DNA from: Callorhinchus milii
Lineage: Eukaryota
Length of the DNA stretch: 64,000 bases
Assembly (NCBI RefSeq): GCF_018977255.1
Contig: NW_024704742.1
Coordinates: forward strand, 134,480,001-134,544,000
Direction: 5' to 3'
The notes beneath the pieces were generated by a model. It saw only the letters and a list, made by a program, of their open reading frames with translations. It did no database searches and was not told where the DNA came from. Position 1 is the stretch's first letter, and every line of letters begins with the position of its first letter. Made by a program: the position numbers and the translations under genes. Below, piece by piece: positions 11,723-25,439 of the stretch.

Positions 11723-14062
11723 GATTATAATTAATCTTCCAGCTACAAATGCACAAGTTGCGTGATCTTTGAGAGAAAGTTTAGTACTCTGCCGTAATTT
11801 CTCCCACAGATTTGGGTCACATGACTGTTCTTACAATAATAATCCTTGCATTTTGATAATAATAATAACAAAAATATTCCATTTGTATAGCGCCTTTCAC
11901 GTTGGGAGGACGTCAATAATAATAGTATTAAAGTATAGTGAATGGATGGTGTATTTTTGTGGACGAAACGCAGCAGCCAATTGCGCACAGTTATGTCCCA
12001 CAAACAGTCCTGCATTGAGTGCCCAAATTATTTTTATTTATTTTGAAGGAATAATTACCCCTGGAAAAGCGATCCACCAATCGACTAACAACTGGGTTGA
12101 TACTTACTGCTAGGCAAACCGAGGCGTGTGGAGTAAGGAAACTTGCACAAGATTTCGCCCTGCTGGGAATTGAACCCACATCCTCTCACTTGCGAGTGTT
12201 TTAACCACTAAGTTACAAGACTCTCAAAAGATGGGTTGGGGGTGTGTGTGTGTCTGGAGGGGTCGAGTGGATTTTTTCAAACAGATTTGGCCACCAGCCA
12301 TCAGTTCCTGGTAAGTCTGTCCAAGAAACATGCATCTTCGAAAGTCTCAAGCGTATACATCTAGTGAGCTGATGACAAGTGGGTCTTAATGCTGAGACTT
12401 GGTATGGAAATAAGTTTGTCACAGACCTTGCAATATGTCAGAGCAGAGTTTCAGTTTGCAGTGGGTGACGTAATATGCTTTTCACCAACCACAGCTTGTG
12501 AATCAATCAAGACGATAGGGGCCTGGACAATATGCACTAAATACCTCTGGAACACGAGGGATGTCCTTTGGATGAGACTCGAAACCGAGGTCCCGTCTGC
12601 CAATTCAGGTGGACGTTAAAGCTCCCGTGGCACTATTTGAAAAGAGTGGAATTTCTCCTGGTGTCCTGGATGACAATCCCCAAGATAAAATTGGTCACTC
12701 ACTTCACCGCTTATTGTGGGTTATTGCGTAGGCAAATAGGCTGCCGAGTTCATCAACAAATCCACAGTCACTGCACTTAACAGTAATTCACGTGAAGCGC
12801 TTTGACCAATCAACAATGTGATAAGGCACGATTTGACCAGGCCAAACTCCATAGGAACATAGACACAGGAGTAGGCCATTCGGCTCCTCGAGCCTGTTCC
12901 GCCAATCTATTGGATCATGGCTGATCTGTATATCAACTTCATTAACCACCTTTATAACAATAATAATCCTTGCATTTGATATAGCACCTCATGACGTCTT
13001 TGACGCATCTCAAACCACTTCACAGAATATGTTCACTTGACAGTATATTCTGTGAAGCACCTTGCGACATCTAGAAGACATGAAAAGTGCCATATCAAAT
13101 GCAAGAATTATTATTATTTATTATAATATACAGTAAAGTTTATTGATTGTGTATTTTGTGGACGAAACGCAGCAACCAATTGCGTTCAGCAGTATCTCAT
13201 TGCTAACAATCAGGTTCCTACTTAGGTAAACAGAGGCGCGTGGAGTAAGGAAACTCGCCCAACGTTTCGCCCTGCCGGGAATCAAACCCAGCTCTCTTGC
13301 TTGCGAGGCGAGTACTCTAACCGTTGAGCTACAGGACTTCTTGATCGATAAAATAAAGGAACAGAGGTTCTTTAATCCATTAAATGTTATCCTTCCAGAA
13401 CACTCATCCTACCCATCCAGCATAGATTGCCATAGAGCATGTCTGGCGAGCTTTCCCGCTGCTTGTCCAGCTGGAATCTCCCTGCAAGTTAAGAACTTTG
13501 GCTTGCGGGGTTAACAGTAGCAACTGGAAAAATCGCTGCCTTTAGTGAAGGCTAACAAAATCACAGGGAGGATTGGATGAAGAAGGCTCTTTGGCTCATT
13601 TAATCTAATCCTTCCAGGGTACCCATTACAGCACTGAACCTGCTTCTGAAGACAAGGCCAGTGACCTGATCTCAACCACTTTGCCTGACAATTCCGCCCT
13701 TTACAATCCTGAATTTACATCCATTTGTACTGCTCCCATGGTGTGTCTGAAAGCATAGTTCTGGATTCATTTTCTCAATCTTATTTATATACATACACAC
13801 ACACACTTCAAAGCAGAGCCCCAGCCTTCTGAAACGTGTTCCTAGCTCATCAATTGGTAAATTGTCCCTTGGTTCAAGGCAGCAGCTTCCCGCTTCCAAC
13901 CATTTGAGTTGACCCACATGACACAGCTAAATTGTGTGCTTATCGGGATAAAATACAGCCACAAAATAGTCACAACATTAAGTTAATTCACTTTAATAAT
14001 AATAATCCTACATTCAATGTAGCATCTTATCACATTGTTGAGATGTCTCAAAGCGCTTCAAG

Positions 14063-14420
14063 AATAATAACTCTTGCATTTGATATAGTGCCTTATCACG
14101 TCTTCAAGACATCTCAAAACTCTTCACAGATTATACTGTGAAGTGAATTGACTGTATATTTTGTGGGCGAAACGCGACAGCCAATTGCGCACAGCAGTAT
14201 CCCACAAACAGTGGTGGCTTGAAGTGACCAATTTATTATTCATTTTTTGAGGGCATTATTACCCCCGGAAAAACGATCAACCAATCGACTAATAACCAGG
14301 TTCCGACTTACTGCGGGGTAAACAGGGGCATGTGGAGTAAGGTTTCGACCTTCCGGGAATCGAACCCAGATCTCTCGCTTGCGAGGCAAGTGCTCTAACC
14401 ACTAAGCTACAGGATTCCAT
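14063..14420 (-). mobile_element. tRNA-Ala Deu-SINE, intermediate subfamily, full length
   Basis: Head (anticodon TGC/CGC arm, GTTCGATTCC B box), extra internal segment, Deu core, tail. Similar copies at 11920-12220(-), 26510-26870, 27889-28280, 31638-31983(-), 53970-54272, 58551-58910, 59800-60090. Confidence 0.85.
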
Positions 14421-16976
14421 ATATCAATGAATATATATGAAGTGAACTGACAGTATATTTTGTGGGCAAAATGTGGCAATCAATTACGCACAGCAGTGTC
14501 CACACAAGCTCAAAATGAGAAAGTAATTTGCTCCTCTAGTTGACAGTCAGCTCATCATTGGTCTTGAAGCAATACTTCACCAGCTGCTCACAGAGATATA
14601 GCAAATTGATATTGTATAGAATACCAGTGGGAATCGACTCAGGGTTTCAGCAAAAACAAACACCCAATAGTCACCATCGTACTACTTTTATTTCAGAAGA
14701 CAAATATTTGCCTTTCAAAAGTAGTTTACATTGCCAGAAATGTTTTAAATATCCACCTCCCCCTCCCCACACTCTGTTCCTCTGATATTAAAATACAATT
14801 CAAATTAGAAATCTGTATCTCAGAGACTCTTTGACTCTCTCCCTTCCCTTTCCTCCTTGAAGGTCCTCCTCAAGACCTTCCTCGTTGAAATACTAAACAT
14901 CCACCAAATATATTCTAAATCTCACCCCCCAAACCTTCCTATGATAAACTGAAAATCTCTGCCTATTCAATTTGCTTAAGTATCAAGTTCTCTTACTCTA
15001 CATGTCCCTGCTTACCGAGCAGTAAGTGGGAATCTGGTTTATCGTGGATTGGTGGGTCGCTTTTCATGGGGTAATAATCGCTTCAAAAAATAATATTTTA
15101 GTCACTCAATTCACATCTGTTTGTGGGACACTGCTGTGCACAATTGGCTGCCGCGTTTCACCCGTAAAATATACAGTCAATTTACTTTACAGTATATCCT
15201 GTGAAGCGTTTGAGATGTTTCGAAGACGTGATAAGGCGCTACATAAGGATTATTATTGTTGTTATATAAGGTTACAAACATTACTTTACATTTATATGGA
15301 GTTTTTATTAACACGAGGACGTCTCAGAGCACTTCACAAAACCAATAGGGAGCTTGAGCTTGGGGGGGAAGGTTAGGAGGAAATGATGGCCAATAACAAG
15401 GTTATAAAGATAGATCTTGGGCCTTATCATGTCCTTGAGACGTCTCAAAGTTCTTCACAGAGAATATTGCAAACTGGATTGACTATGTATTTTGTGGGTG
15501 AATCGCAGCAGCCAATTGCACACAGCAGTGTCCCGCAAACAGTCGTGGATTGAGAGACCAATTTGTTTTCGAGGAGTTATTACCCCGGAAAGCGATCCAC
15601 CAATCGACTAATGACCGGGTTCCTTTTTAGTTCTAAGGGAGTGTGGAGTAAGGAAATTTCACAAACTCTTGAAATTATTTTAATGCGTGGACAGGGATCT
15701 TGAATTTAACCCACTTTGGGGGTGGAGGTGGGAGAGCGGAATAGGGTGCTGAAAGAGCATGGGGACAGGGGAGGGTGGGAGCGCGATGGGCTCGTGAAGC
15801 CTAGTGCAAGAGAAGGCTGGACTGCGTAGCTATGGAGGGTCAGCCTGTGCAGGAAGGAACTAGGCAGGGGCAACTGTCCACAGAGAGAGGCTGTGCTGAA
15901 ATGCTGGCCTCTACTGGACTGAGCATGCAACCAACCAAACGTAAGTTGAGATACAACTGTGCAACGAGCCAGAGTGCTACATTCACATCATCTCCATTAC
16001 ACAGACATAGATATCCACCAAATCCATTTCACGCATCTCCATTCTGTAAATAACAGAACGCGAATTGTGCAAACTGCGGCCAAGCATAGCTAAGCAGTGT
16101 ACTCATGTTTGAACTCTTCCGCGTGCTCCCCATTCACAGCAAACAAACCAAGTGGTCTCAGACAAGAGCGAGAACTTCTTGCATACAGTGCAGTTTGAAT
16201 CAAGAGGTTAGAAAGTTAAAAGATTCCCAGTGGGTTGGGAAACTCAATAGAAGCACTCTTTGCATTTGATACGCCGTCTTTCACAGTCGAGAGGACTTCT
16301 CGAAGCGCTTCCCAGGATGTACTGTGAAAGTGCATTGACTGTATTTTGTAGTTGAACGCAGCAGCCAATTTGGCCCAGCAAGATCCTACAAACGGCCTCA
16401 AAGTGAATGACCGATTTTATGTGGGGAACTATAGCCAGGATGCCGGAAGAAACACCCTTCTCTTTTCAAATAGTGCAGAGAGATCTTCAATGTCCACCTG
16501 AACTAGTAGAGACAGGTCCTCGCTTTAACACCTCATCTGAAGGATGGTACATCATTTTGAAACGAGGAGGCTTTGTGTACTGATCACCCATCATTTTAAC
16601 ATCGGTTGAGATTTTCTGCCTGCCACTCCCACCATACCCCAGCAGGGCTCCCCCATACTTGACAACTCGGTGGTCTACATTTAAAAACAGTTAACGTGGT
16701 TAATTTATGTAGCCCCTTGGAACATAGGAAGGAACATAGGAAGGAACAGGGTTCCTATAGAAACATAGGAACAGGGGTAGGCTATTCAGCCCTTTGAGCC
16801 TGTTCCGCCATTTAATTTAGAACTGGAAAAGAAGCAAATGTGTGATCGATAGATAAATCGAGCCCCGTCACCTATTTCTTACCAAGAAGCAGAAATTTTC
16901 AACACTGAAAGAAGCCATTGACCATTACTGTAAACGTTCCACTTTAGACATTTTTCTGTCAGTATTAACTTTATGT

Positions 16977-17283
16977 GGAGTCCTGTAGCTCAGTGGTTAG
17001 AGCACTCGCCTCGCAAGCGAGAGACCTGAGTTCAATTCCAGGCAGGTTAGGGCGAAACCTTGGGCAAATTTCTTTACTACACACGCCTGATAATAATCCC
17101 TCAAAGAAAAAAAAATAATAAATTGGTCACTTCAATCCACCACTGTTTGTGGGACAATTGGCTGTCGCGTTTCGCCCACAAATATACAGTCAATTCACTT
17201 TACAGTATATTCTGTGAAGCGCTTTGAGACGTCTGAACGACGCGATAAAGCGCTGTATCAAATGCAAGGATTATTATTATTAT
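16977..17283 (+). mobile_element. tRNA-Ala Deu-SINE, full length
   Basis: ggagtcctgtagctcagtgg head through the (ATT)n tail; older tail loop (gagacgtctgaacgacgcg). Confidence 0.9.
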
Positions 17284-19134
17284 CAAGGTGTCTGACTCGT
17301 GTGGAAAGCCATGCTTCAGAGTGTCCCGACCAAATAGAGCTCGAAGCATCTAACCTACACATGAAAAGTCTTGCATTGGAATAGAAGTATTGGAATAGAA
17401 CTCTCTCCCTAGAGGGATGCACCCTTCTTACCTAATTCCGGAGAATATTGGGCACATGTTAGCAAGAGCCAAGGCTTGGGTCCCCAAGGCTTGTTGAGGT
17501 AACTGCTGGAATCTAGCAAGTTAAAACTACACAGCTTGCCATTGATAGCACTGCCTGGTTAGCTTTCCTGTTGCTTGTCCAGCTAGGACCATCCTACCTT
17601 TTAGAGCTTTGTCTTGCAGGGTTAACAAGAGCTAAGTGGGAAGAATCACCACCCCCAGTGACTGGTCTGCCCTTCCAGGTCCTACCAATGAGCCAGGCTG
17701 GGCTGTGCTGGAATATGGTACAGAGCCCTGGAATACTGCAGGCCCAACTGGCTAAGGAACTAAACTACTGAGAGAGACTACCGTTAGTTCAGCTCCAAGG
17801 AAACCCTGTTACCTCCCACCTCCCAATATTGCCACTTTCACATCCTTCATTGTGTTTTTCCTGCTCAGGTGGATGTTCATCCAGTTCCCCAGTAAATGTT
17901 TCCATTGATCCAACCTCATTAAGCCACTCATAGTAATGGATTCCAAACCCCAATGATCCTTTGAGTGAAGACACTGCCCTAATCTTTCTAACAATCCTGA
18001 GACGCTGCTATCTCATTTCCTTTTTGTCGTATTGCCAAACTAAAGAAAATTGTTTCTTTCCTATTTAATATACAAGTACACAGTCAATTCACTTTACAGT
18101 ATATTCTGTGAATCACTTTGAGACGTCTCAACGAGGTGATGAGGAGCTATATCAAATGCAATGATTATTATTATTACCCACCCCTACTGCTCATCTAAAA
18201 CTCCCATCACCCAAGTCCTCGCCGGGGTCCACTGGCTCCCTGCGGATCAATTCATTCGAACAGAAGTAGGCCATTTAGCCCTTTGAGCCTTTCCTTCAGA
18301 TTAGACCATGACTGATCTGTACCTCAACTCCATTTACTCGCCTTTTCTCCATATCCCTCGTTACCCTTAACAAATAACTATCCACCTCAGTCCTTAAAAT
18401 TTCAAATTGACCAGCCTCCACAGCCTTTAGGGCTTCCCACTTCCCTTTGTCTAACAAAAACCCTTCCTGGATTCACTCCAAACTGGCCTAACTCTCGTTT
18501 TAAGATTATGCCTTCTGTTCTCGATTCCCCACCAGAGAAAATAATAGATTCCAAGGTTCTCACCCGCAACTCCCTTTACACGCTAGCACCTCCTTATCTC
18601 TCTGATCTTCTCTCCCCTCCACCTCCCATTTCCCTTTTGGTTCACTCGAGCTTGCTGCACAACTCCCAATCCCCTCTCCGTCCCCATGGGTGGTTGAGCT
18701 TTCAGACGTTATCCACGTTACCTCGGGAATTCTCTTCTCCTACCCTCCATCTCACCCCCTTTATCTTCAACTCCCTTACCTCTTTACCTGTGCCTGTGGT
18801 CAACCCCCACCACCCTCTCCTCTTTTCCTTACTCAGTGTCTGACCCAGTCACCGTAAAGCGCTTTGAGACATTATCCGACGTAAAGACCCCTACATGAGT
18901 GCAAGCTGTTGTTGTTGTTGAGCCTTTATCGTGCATCCCGGAATCTTTGATAAAATGCATGGAACGTTGCATTGTGAATCCATGGCGGTGGGATGGGAAG
19001 AGGCATTAAGCACAGGAAAGGACTTCCTGCGATTTTAATTCAATAAAAAAACGTATAAGCTAACATTTTGGCAGGAAGACAAAAGACACACACAGGCATT
19101 CATAACCTTGCTGGTAATTTGCACTCTGTCCAGC

Positions 19135-19135
19135 G

Positions 19136-19175
<40 letters not shown>

Positions 19176-19312
19176 CGCGCGCAAGGGAGACAAAGGGAGA
19201 CATGGTACCTCGCACAAAAAGCAACTCATTCGTGACACAGAAATTAATAGGATTGATGCCAAGCAGTAGCACAGAGAGAGAGAGGGAAAGAGAGGGTGAG
19301 AGAGAGAAAAAA
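19135..19312. repeat. (GA)n-rich microsatellite tracts
   Basis: Seen directly. Confidence 0.9.
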
Positions 19313-20219
19313 AAATTGAAAAGAGCTGCTATGATGGGGAGTTTACAGGATACAGGACACGAGTCATGTGGTCATGACACAATGTGGTTTCGAAAGAAAC
19401 GGGAGGACGGGAGGGAAAACCTTGAAAATATCCCCCACCCCACCCCATGTAGTTGGCTGGCATGTCTCATGTCGGAAAGAAATCAAAGGGCAGGATTCGG
19501 ATTCTGTCCAGCTGTTTGCAAATCACGGTTCCTCTAAATCACAAACTCACATGACTCCCCAATCCCCCCACCCGCCCTCACACATACATCACACACAACC
19601 CTCCCCACACGCACCACACGTACAACCCCACAGCAACAACCAACTCCCCCCACCCACGCTACCCCCAAAAACACACAAACAAACACACACACACACACCA
19701 GCCACTTGCTTTGCGTGGGTTAAAATGTAGCATCTTTTAAATTTTAGTTAACTCACACAGAGTACTTGTAGATCCACAGCCCTGAGCATCTACATTTGTG
19801 TGTTTTTATTTTAAAGTGGCGCGCTGGAGACACTCCACCAGCTTCACAGGACACCAATCTGCACACACAATATCCCGCAAAGAAGCCATAAAGCAAACGG
19901 GCAATTTTTATCTGTGAGAACAATCTCTGGAAAACTCACATGTTCAAAAGCCTCACAGAAACAGCATCTAACATTACAATACACATATGAACATAAGTTA
20001 GGTCCACCCAGTTTGCCTTCCACCATCCTGACAGCCACATGACATGTGGTGTCCCAAACTATACATTATATACCGAGATATTATTACACAATAGAAATCT
20101 ATCTAATTTGTTCAGTGCCTTTATTGGACATCCCAAAGTATTCGACAACGTGGCTCGACACCTGAGTAGGAGTGGGGAGGGGAAAGTCCTAGGGCTTTAT
20201 TCCATAACTTTCTGCCTCA

Positions 20220-20750
20220 ATAACAACTTGCATTTCTATAGTGCCCTTCATACAAGACAGTGTCTCTGAGCGCTTATTATTGGTGGAGCCTCATGCCGAG
20301 CCGGGGAGGGAGGTGACGGCAGCCATGGTCGTTGAGGAAGGTCTTTGGTCGTGATCGAAGAGGCAGATCTTCAGTCGTGAGCTAAAAGAGGGGAGTAAGG
20401 GGGCAAGGCGGAGGGTTTGAGGGAAAGAGTTCCAAAGCTTCAGGGCATAGAGGCTGGAAACGCATCCGCTGATGGTGGAGCGGAGGGTGCGAGGGACGAG
20501 CAGGAGGCCAGATCCAGCCGAGGGGAGTGGGGAGAATGGAGGTCAGAAAGGTAGGAAGGTGCCAGGGCATGAGGAGAGGAGATTTGTAGATGTGTGAGAG
20601 GATCTTGAAATCGATCCATTCTGTGATAGGGAGCCGGTGGAACCTGGCGAGGACTGGTGTGATGAGGTTGCGGAGTTTAGTGTTGGCGGCGGAGTTCTGA
20701 ATGAGTTGTGAGTAATGGAGCTGGTGAGACCGGCAAGGAGGGCAGAGGTG
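20220..20750 (-). mobile_element. Degenerate L2 LINE 3' fragment
   Basis: ORF 20382..20753 QLIQNSAA...ITPVLARFHRLPITEWIDFKIL. Confidence 0.85.
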
Positions 20751-21068
20751 CAACTACTACCAACTGAGCCAGACTCGGAAATATCCCACGAGACGTTCAC
20801 AAACTCGATTCAAAGAACTGCTTGGCAGGGTGGCAAAAAAAGTCTTGTTTCTCAATATGAAAAATTCCAAGAACAAAGCCAAATTCCCAGCAAAGGCCAC
20901 ACAGCACAACAATGCCTGTAAATTTGCTCAATGTGATGTCGGGAAGTGAAGAAAAAATGCACTGCGGGAAACTTTTGAATGGGTTAAGATGCTCAAACAC
21001 TTTTAATCCCAAGCAACGCTTAATAAAGGGACAAGGGGCAAGAACTGCAACGTGGGAATATTTTGCGT

Positions 21069-21490
21069 ATCAGCCTGGCTCAGTTTGTAGCATACTCGCC
21101 TCAAAGTCAGAAGGTCATGGGTTCAAGCCCCAAGTCGAGACTTGAAACTCAGTCTGGGATGACACTCCAATGCAGGGCTGTGGGTGTCCTGCATTGTCGG
21201 GAGTTGCTGTCCTTCGAAAGAGACATAAAACCGAGACTCACACACACACCCGTCTCGTCTGCCCGTTCAGGTAGATGTTAAAAATCCTATGGCACTCTCT
21301 TAAAAGTGAAGGGGGTTTCTCTCTTCCGGTGTCCCGGCCAACAATCCCCCAGAATAAAACTGGTCATACACACTACTCGGCTGTTTATGGGCATTGCCGT
21401 GGGCAAATTGGTTACCGTATTGGCCCACAAAACAGTCACTGCACTTTACAATTTATATCCTCCTGGAGTGAAAAGCATTATACCAAAGTA
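21069..21490 (+). mobile_element. Old SacSINE1/AmnSINE-like DeuSINE
   Basis: tcagcctggctcag head, ggttcaagccc B box, aggtagatgttaaaaatcctatggcact core. Confidence 0.75.
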
Positions 21491-22611
21491 AGAATCCACA
21501 ATATCCAATCAAGCTATAAGTAGTTCAAAGTTGACTGAGGAACATTTCCTCACTTTCGCTAACAGAAAATTCAATTCAGACACGTCTAAAGAAAAAAAAG
21601 CGCAGAAACATTGTCTTAAGAAAGCATTCCACAGAACTAAACGGAATTATTGTGAGAATAAGGAATTCCTCTCCTTTCATAGATTTTTATATAATTCAAT
21701 CCACATCGATGTGGCGGTCTCACATGTCGGAAGGACATCTTAAAATAAAAACACTCTGAAGTTCACCTTTGTGTTTGAACAGTCTACTTGCAATCTTTGC
21801 CATTTTTTTTCCCCAGCAACAAGTTGTCTTTCCATCAACTGAAATCTCTTGCTGGAAGCTCATAACACTTTGTTACCCTCATAAGGCTTAGTTGAAGCGC
21901 CTTGAGACGTCCTCCTGACGTGAAAGGCACGGCATGATGCAAGTCTGTATTGTACTGTGAAACAGCACTGCACTGAGAGGATACCCTAGCCTTGCTCGAT
22001 GGCTGACTTCTGGTTGATGGACTTGAATTACATTTCGGCTGAAGGGCCGTAATGAATGGTTGGTTATTTTAGCACCGCTGGTTGTTTTAATCAACAAAGG
22101 GAAAGAACTTATCAAAGCACACAAAAGAGCCATTGTGACCCAGTTAAGCACTAATTTGGATGAAGCCTCGTGCTGTTCAACAAAGCCTTGCTTCACATCT
22201 GCTGTCGCTCTCGATAGAAATTACACCACTTTCAGATGGATGATGCAATTTCACCTTAGTGCTGGACCTCTGTTCAATCGCAGGACTCCTCGCAGGGAAT
22301 TCAATTGGTTTTCTAAAAGGTGTGAGAGGACGGGGGAGAGGGGAAGAAGAACCCTCCCTCCATTGAATTTACAATTTAAAAACATTTATATAAAAAAAGG
22401 GGTAAAATAATTGGATAAATACTACTTTACAAATATCATTCGCTTATAAGATGTCCAGTCATAGATTGTATGACACAAAAGCGGGCCATTCGACCAAATT
22501 AGTCCTGTAGCATAGTAGTTAGAGCACTTGCCTTGCAAGTGAGAGGATACAGGTTCGATTCTCGGGTGGGGCAAAACCTTAGGGAAGTTTCCTTACTCCA
22601 CACTCCTGTTT

Positions 22612-23400
22612 AAGAACATAAGAACATAAGAATTAGGAGCAGGAGTAGGCCATTCGGCCCCTCGAGCCTGCCCCGCCATTCGATAAGATCATGGCTGATC
22701 TTCTGACCTAACTCTAATTAACTGCCCTATCCCCATATCTCCTAATCCCTCTGTTTTTTAAAAATCTATCAGTCTCAGCCTTGAAGATGTTCAAGGACTG
22801 AGCATCTACAGCCTTCTGGGGTAGTGAATTCCATAAATTCACTACCCTCTGAGTGAAGAAATGTTTCCTCAACTCTCTTCTAAAAGGCTGACCCATAATT
22901 TTAAGACTGTGACCCCTGGTCATAGCTTCTCCTACCGGGGAAACAGACCCTCAGTGTCTACTTTATCAGCCCTTTAAGAATCTTATATGTTTCAATATGA
23001 TCTCCCCTAACTCTTCTGTACTCTAGAGAATACAGCCCTAGTTTATTCAGCCTATCCTATCCTCCTAGGTCAGTCTCCTCATCCCAGGAACTAACCGAGT
23101 GAATCTACGCTGCACCCCCTCTAAGGCAAGTATTTCCTTTTTTAAATAAGGAAACCAAAACTGCACACAATACTCTCGGTGCGGTCTCACCAAGGCCCTA
23201 TACGGCCGCAGCAAGACTTCCCTACTCTTGTACTCTGAACCTTGTGCAATGAACGCTAACATGCCGTTCGCCTTCTTAGTTGCTGCTGCACCTGCAAACT
23301 AACTTTTTGAGACTGGTGTACAAGGACACCCAAATCCCTCTGAACATTAACACTATCTAATCTCTCCCCTCTAGAAAATAATCTGTTTTTCTATATTTTC
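22612..23400 (-). mobile_element. CR1 LINE 3' end
   Basis: ORFs YRALVRPHREYCVQFW...LEGVQRRFTRLVPG and TRGHSLK...HFFTQRVVNLWNSLP; (ttcttatg)n terminal repeat. Confidence 0.92.
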
Positions 23401-23906
23401 TTTATAGCTTTTTAGTTTACCTAGCAGTAAATAGGAACACAGTTAGTCAACTGGTGGATCACTTTCCGGGGGCAATAATTTAGTTATTCAATCCATGATT
23501 GTTTGTGGGACGCTGCTGTGTGCAATTGGCTGCCGTGTTTCATCCACAAAATAGTCAATTCACTTTACAGTATATTCTGTGAAGCGCTTGGAGACGTCTC
23601 AACGATAAGACGCTATATCAAATACAAGGATTATTATAATAATTATTATTACTCCAGTCCATGCCAGAATTTATGCTCCAAATGAGTCTCCACCCACTGC
23701 CCATCCATTCCCATATCCTTCTTTCCCCTTCTCCCTTGCGTGTGCATCCAGTTTCCTATTATTGACAAATGTGTCAAAGTGCTTCACAGGGTTTGTCTGC
23801 AAATTATAGCAAAGCTTGCTTTGAGACATTTGGGCAGAGTAATAAGTGCTACATCAAATGCAACAACCGTCATCAAGATTATCACTCAAATCTTGAACTA
23901 GGCTGC

Positions 23907-24425
23907 AAAACAACAACAAAATTACATTTGTATGGCGCCTTTCACGTCAGGAGGAAGTCCCAAGGCGCTGGACAGTCAGTGTTTTGTAACCGAGCTGGGG
24001 GTCGGGGAGAGGGAGGGCAGGGGGGAAAGGAGGATGATCGAAAGCATGGTCGAAGAGGAGGGTCTTGAGATGGGTCCTGAAGGAGGCATGGGATGGGGCG
24101 AGGCAGAGGGACTGCGGGATGGAATTCCAAAGGGTGGGGGCAGAGTGGCAGAAGGCCTGCCCACCAATGGTCGGGCGGGCGAGGCGGGGACCTGAAGCAG
24201 CTGGAGCCCACTGAGCAGAGCGAACGAGCAGATTGGTAGGGGGTTTAGGATGTCGCAGAGGTAGGGATAGCAAGGCCATGGAGGGCCTTGAAGGTGAGGA
24301 CCAGGATCTTGAACTGTATCCTCTGTGTGATGGGAAGTCAGTGGAGTCGGGGAGGATGGGGGCGACAGTGTCACGGAGCCTGGTGCGGGTGAGGACACGG
24401 GCTGCAGAGTTCTGATGATCTGAAA
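23907..24425 (-). mobile_element. L2 LINE 3' fragment (subfamily A)
   Basis: RPTIGGQAFCHSAPTLWNSIP...HLKTLLFD; stem-loop plus (GTT)n tail. Confidence 0.88.
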
Positions 24426-24867
24426 CACACAGATTCCACGCTTCCTCACCAGATACTTGTTGAAAAAAAAGGTTTAATTGTTTTTTAAAAAAATCAGCTC
24501 CAGTAAAATCAGGACAAAAAGATGTGTTTGATATATTTATATAAAATATATAATATATAATTTAAATGTGTATATTAACATTCAAATTATATAGAACTTC
24601 AGATAAGAATGACATCTTACCCTTTATATGTTATATAATAATAATCCTTGCATTGGATATAGTGCCTTATCACATCTTCGAGACGTCGGAAATTGCTTCA
24701 CAGAATATACTGTAAAGTGAATTGACTGTATATTTGTATAATATATAAAGGGTAAGATGTCATTCTTATCTGAAGTTCTGATGATTCATGAAATACAAAC
24801 ACAATAACTTGGTGATGCAGTTCTTGGTTATAACAGAAGTGGTGGACCACAGACCCAGACCTTTATA

Positions 24868-25123
24868 TATAATAATAATAATCCTTGCATTTGATATAGC
24901 GCTTTTCACGTCGGGAGGACGTCCCAAAGCGCTTCACAGAACACACTGAAGTGAATTGACTGTATATTTGTGGGCGAACGCGGCAGCCAATTGCACACAG
25001 CAATGTCCCACAAACAGTCGTAGATTGAAAATGACCAATTTATTATTTTTTGTTTTTGGAGGGATTATTATTAGGCTCTGTGTGGAGTAAGGAAACTTGC
25101 CCAAGGTTTCGCCCTGTGCCTGG
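24868..25123 (-). mobile_element. Young Deu-SINE, 5' truncated
   Basis: Near identical to the body and tail of 10574-10889. Confidence 0.9.
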
Positions 25124-25439
25124 AAAGATATCAGATCTAATGAACACCTTGTGGAGAACAATCTCCCAGGCGTCATCTTGCAAAGAAGTTTTTACAACAA
25201 CGTCACCACTTCACTGTAAAAAGATATCTCAAAGGACGTAACAAGCATTTACTGCAAAGTGCTTTCAATGGCAATCTTTACAGTTGTAACTGTTTGAGCT
25301 CCAGCAGCAGTATCCCAACATGCACTCTAGGTCCCCCAAGCCTTGGATCTCGACAACCAGACCCATAATACTCTCTGGAATTAAGGTATGCAGGCTGGCT
25401 CATTTCCATGTGTCGCTAGTATACACATGTGGAATTACA

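Noticed and set aside
16720..16815. Short direct repeats (aacataggaagg) resembling a small array
   Set aside because: CR1 3' terminal repeat slippage next to a CR1 tail; no unique spacers, so not CRISPR.
16883..16904. 22-nt AG/GT-bounded segment as a microexon
   Set aside because: Not frame-preserving and has no homology support.
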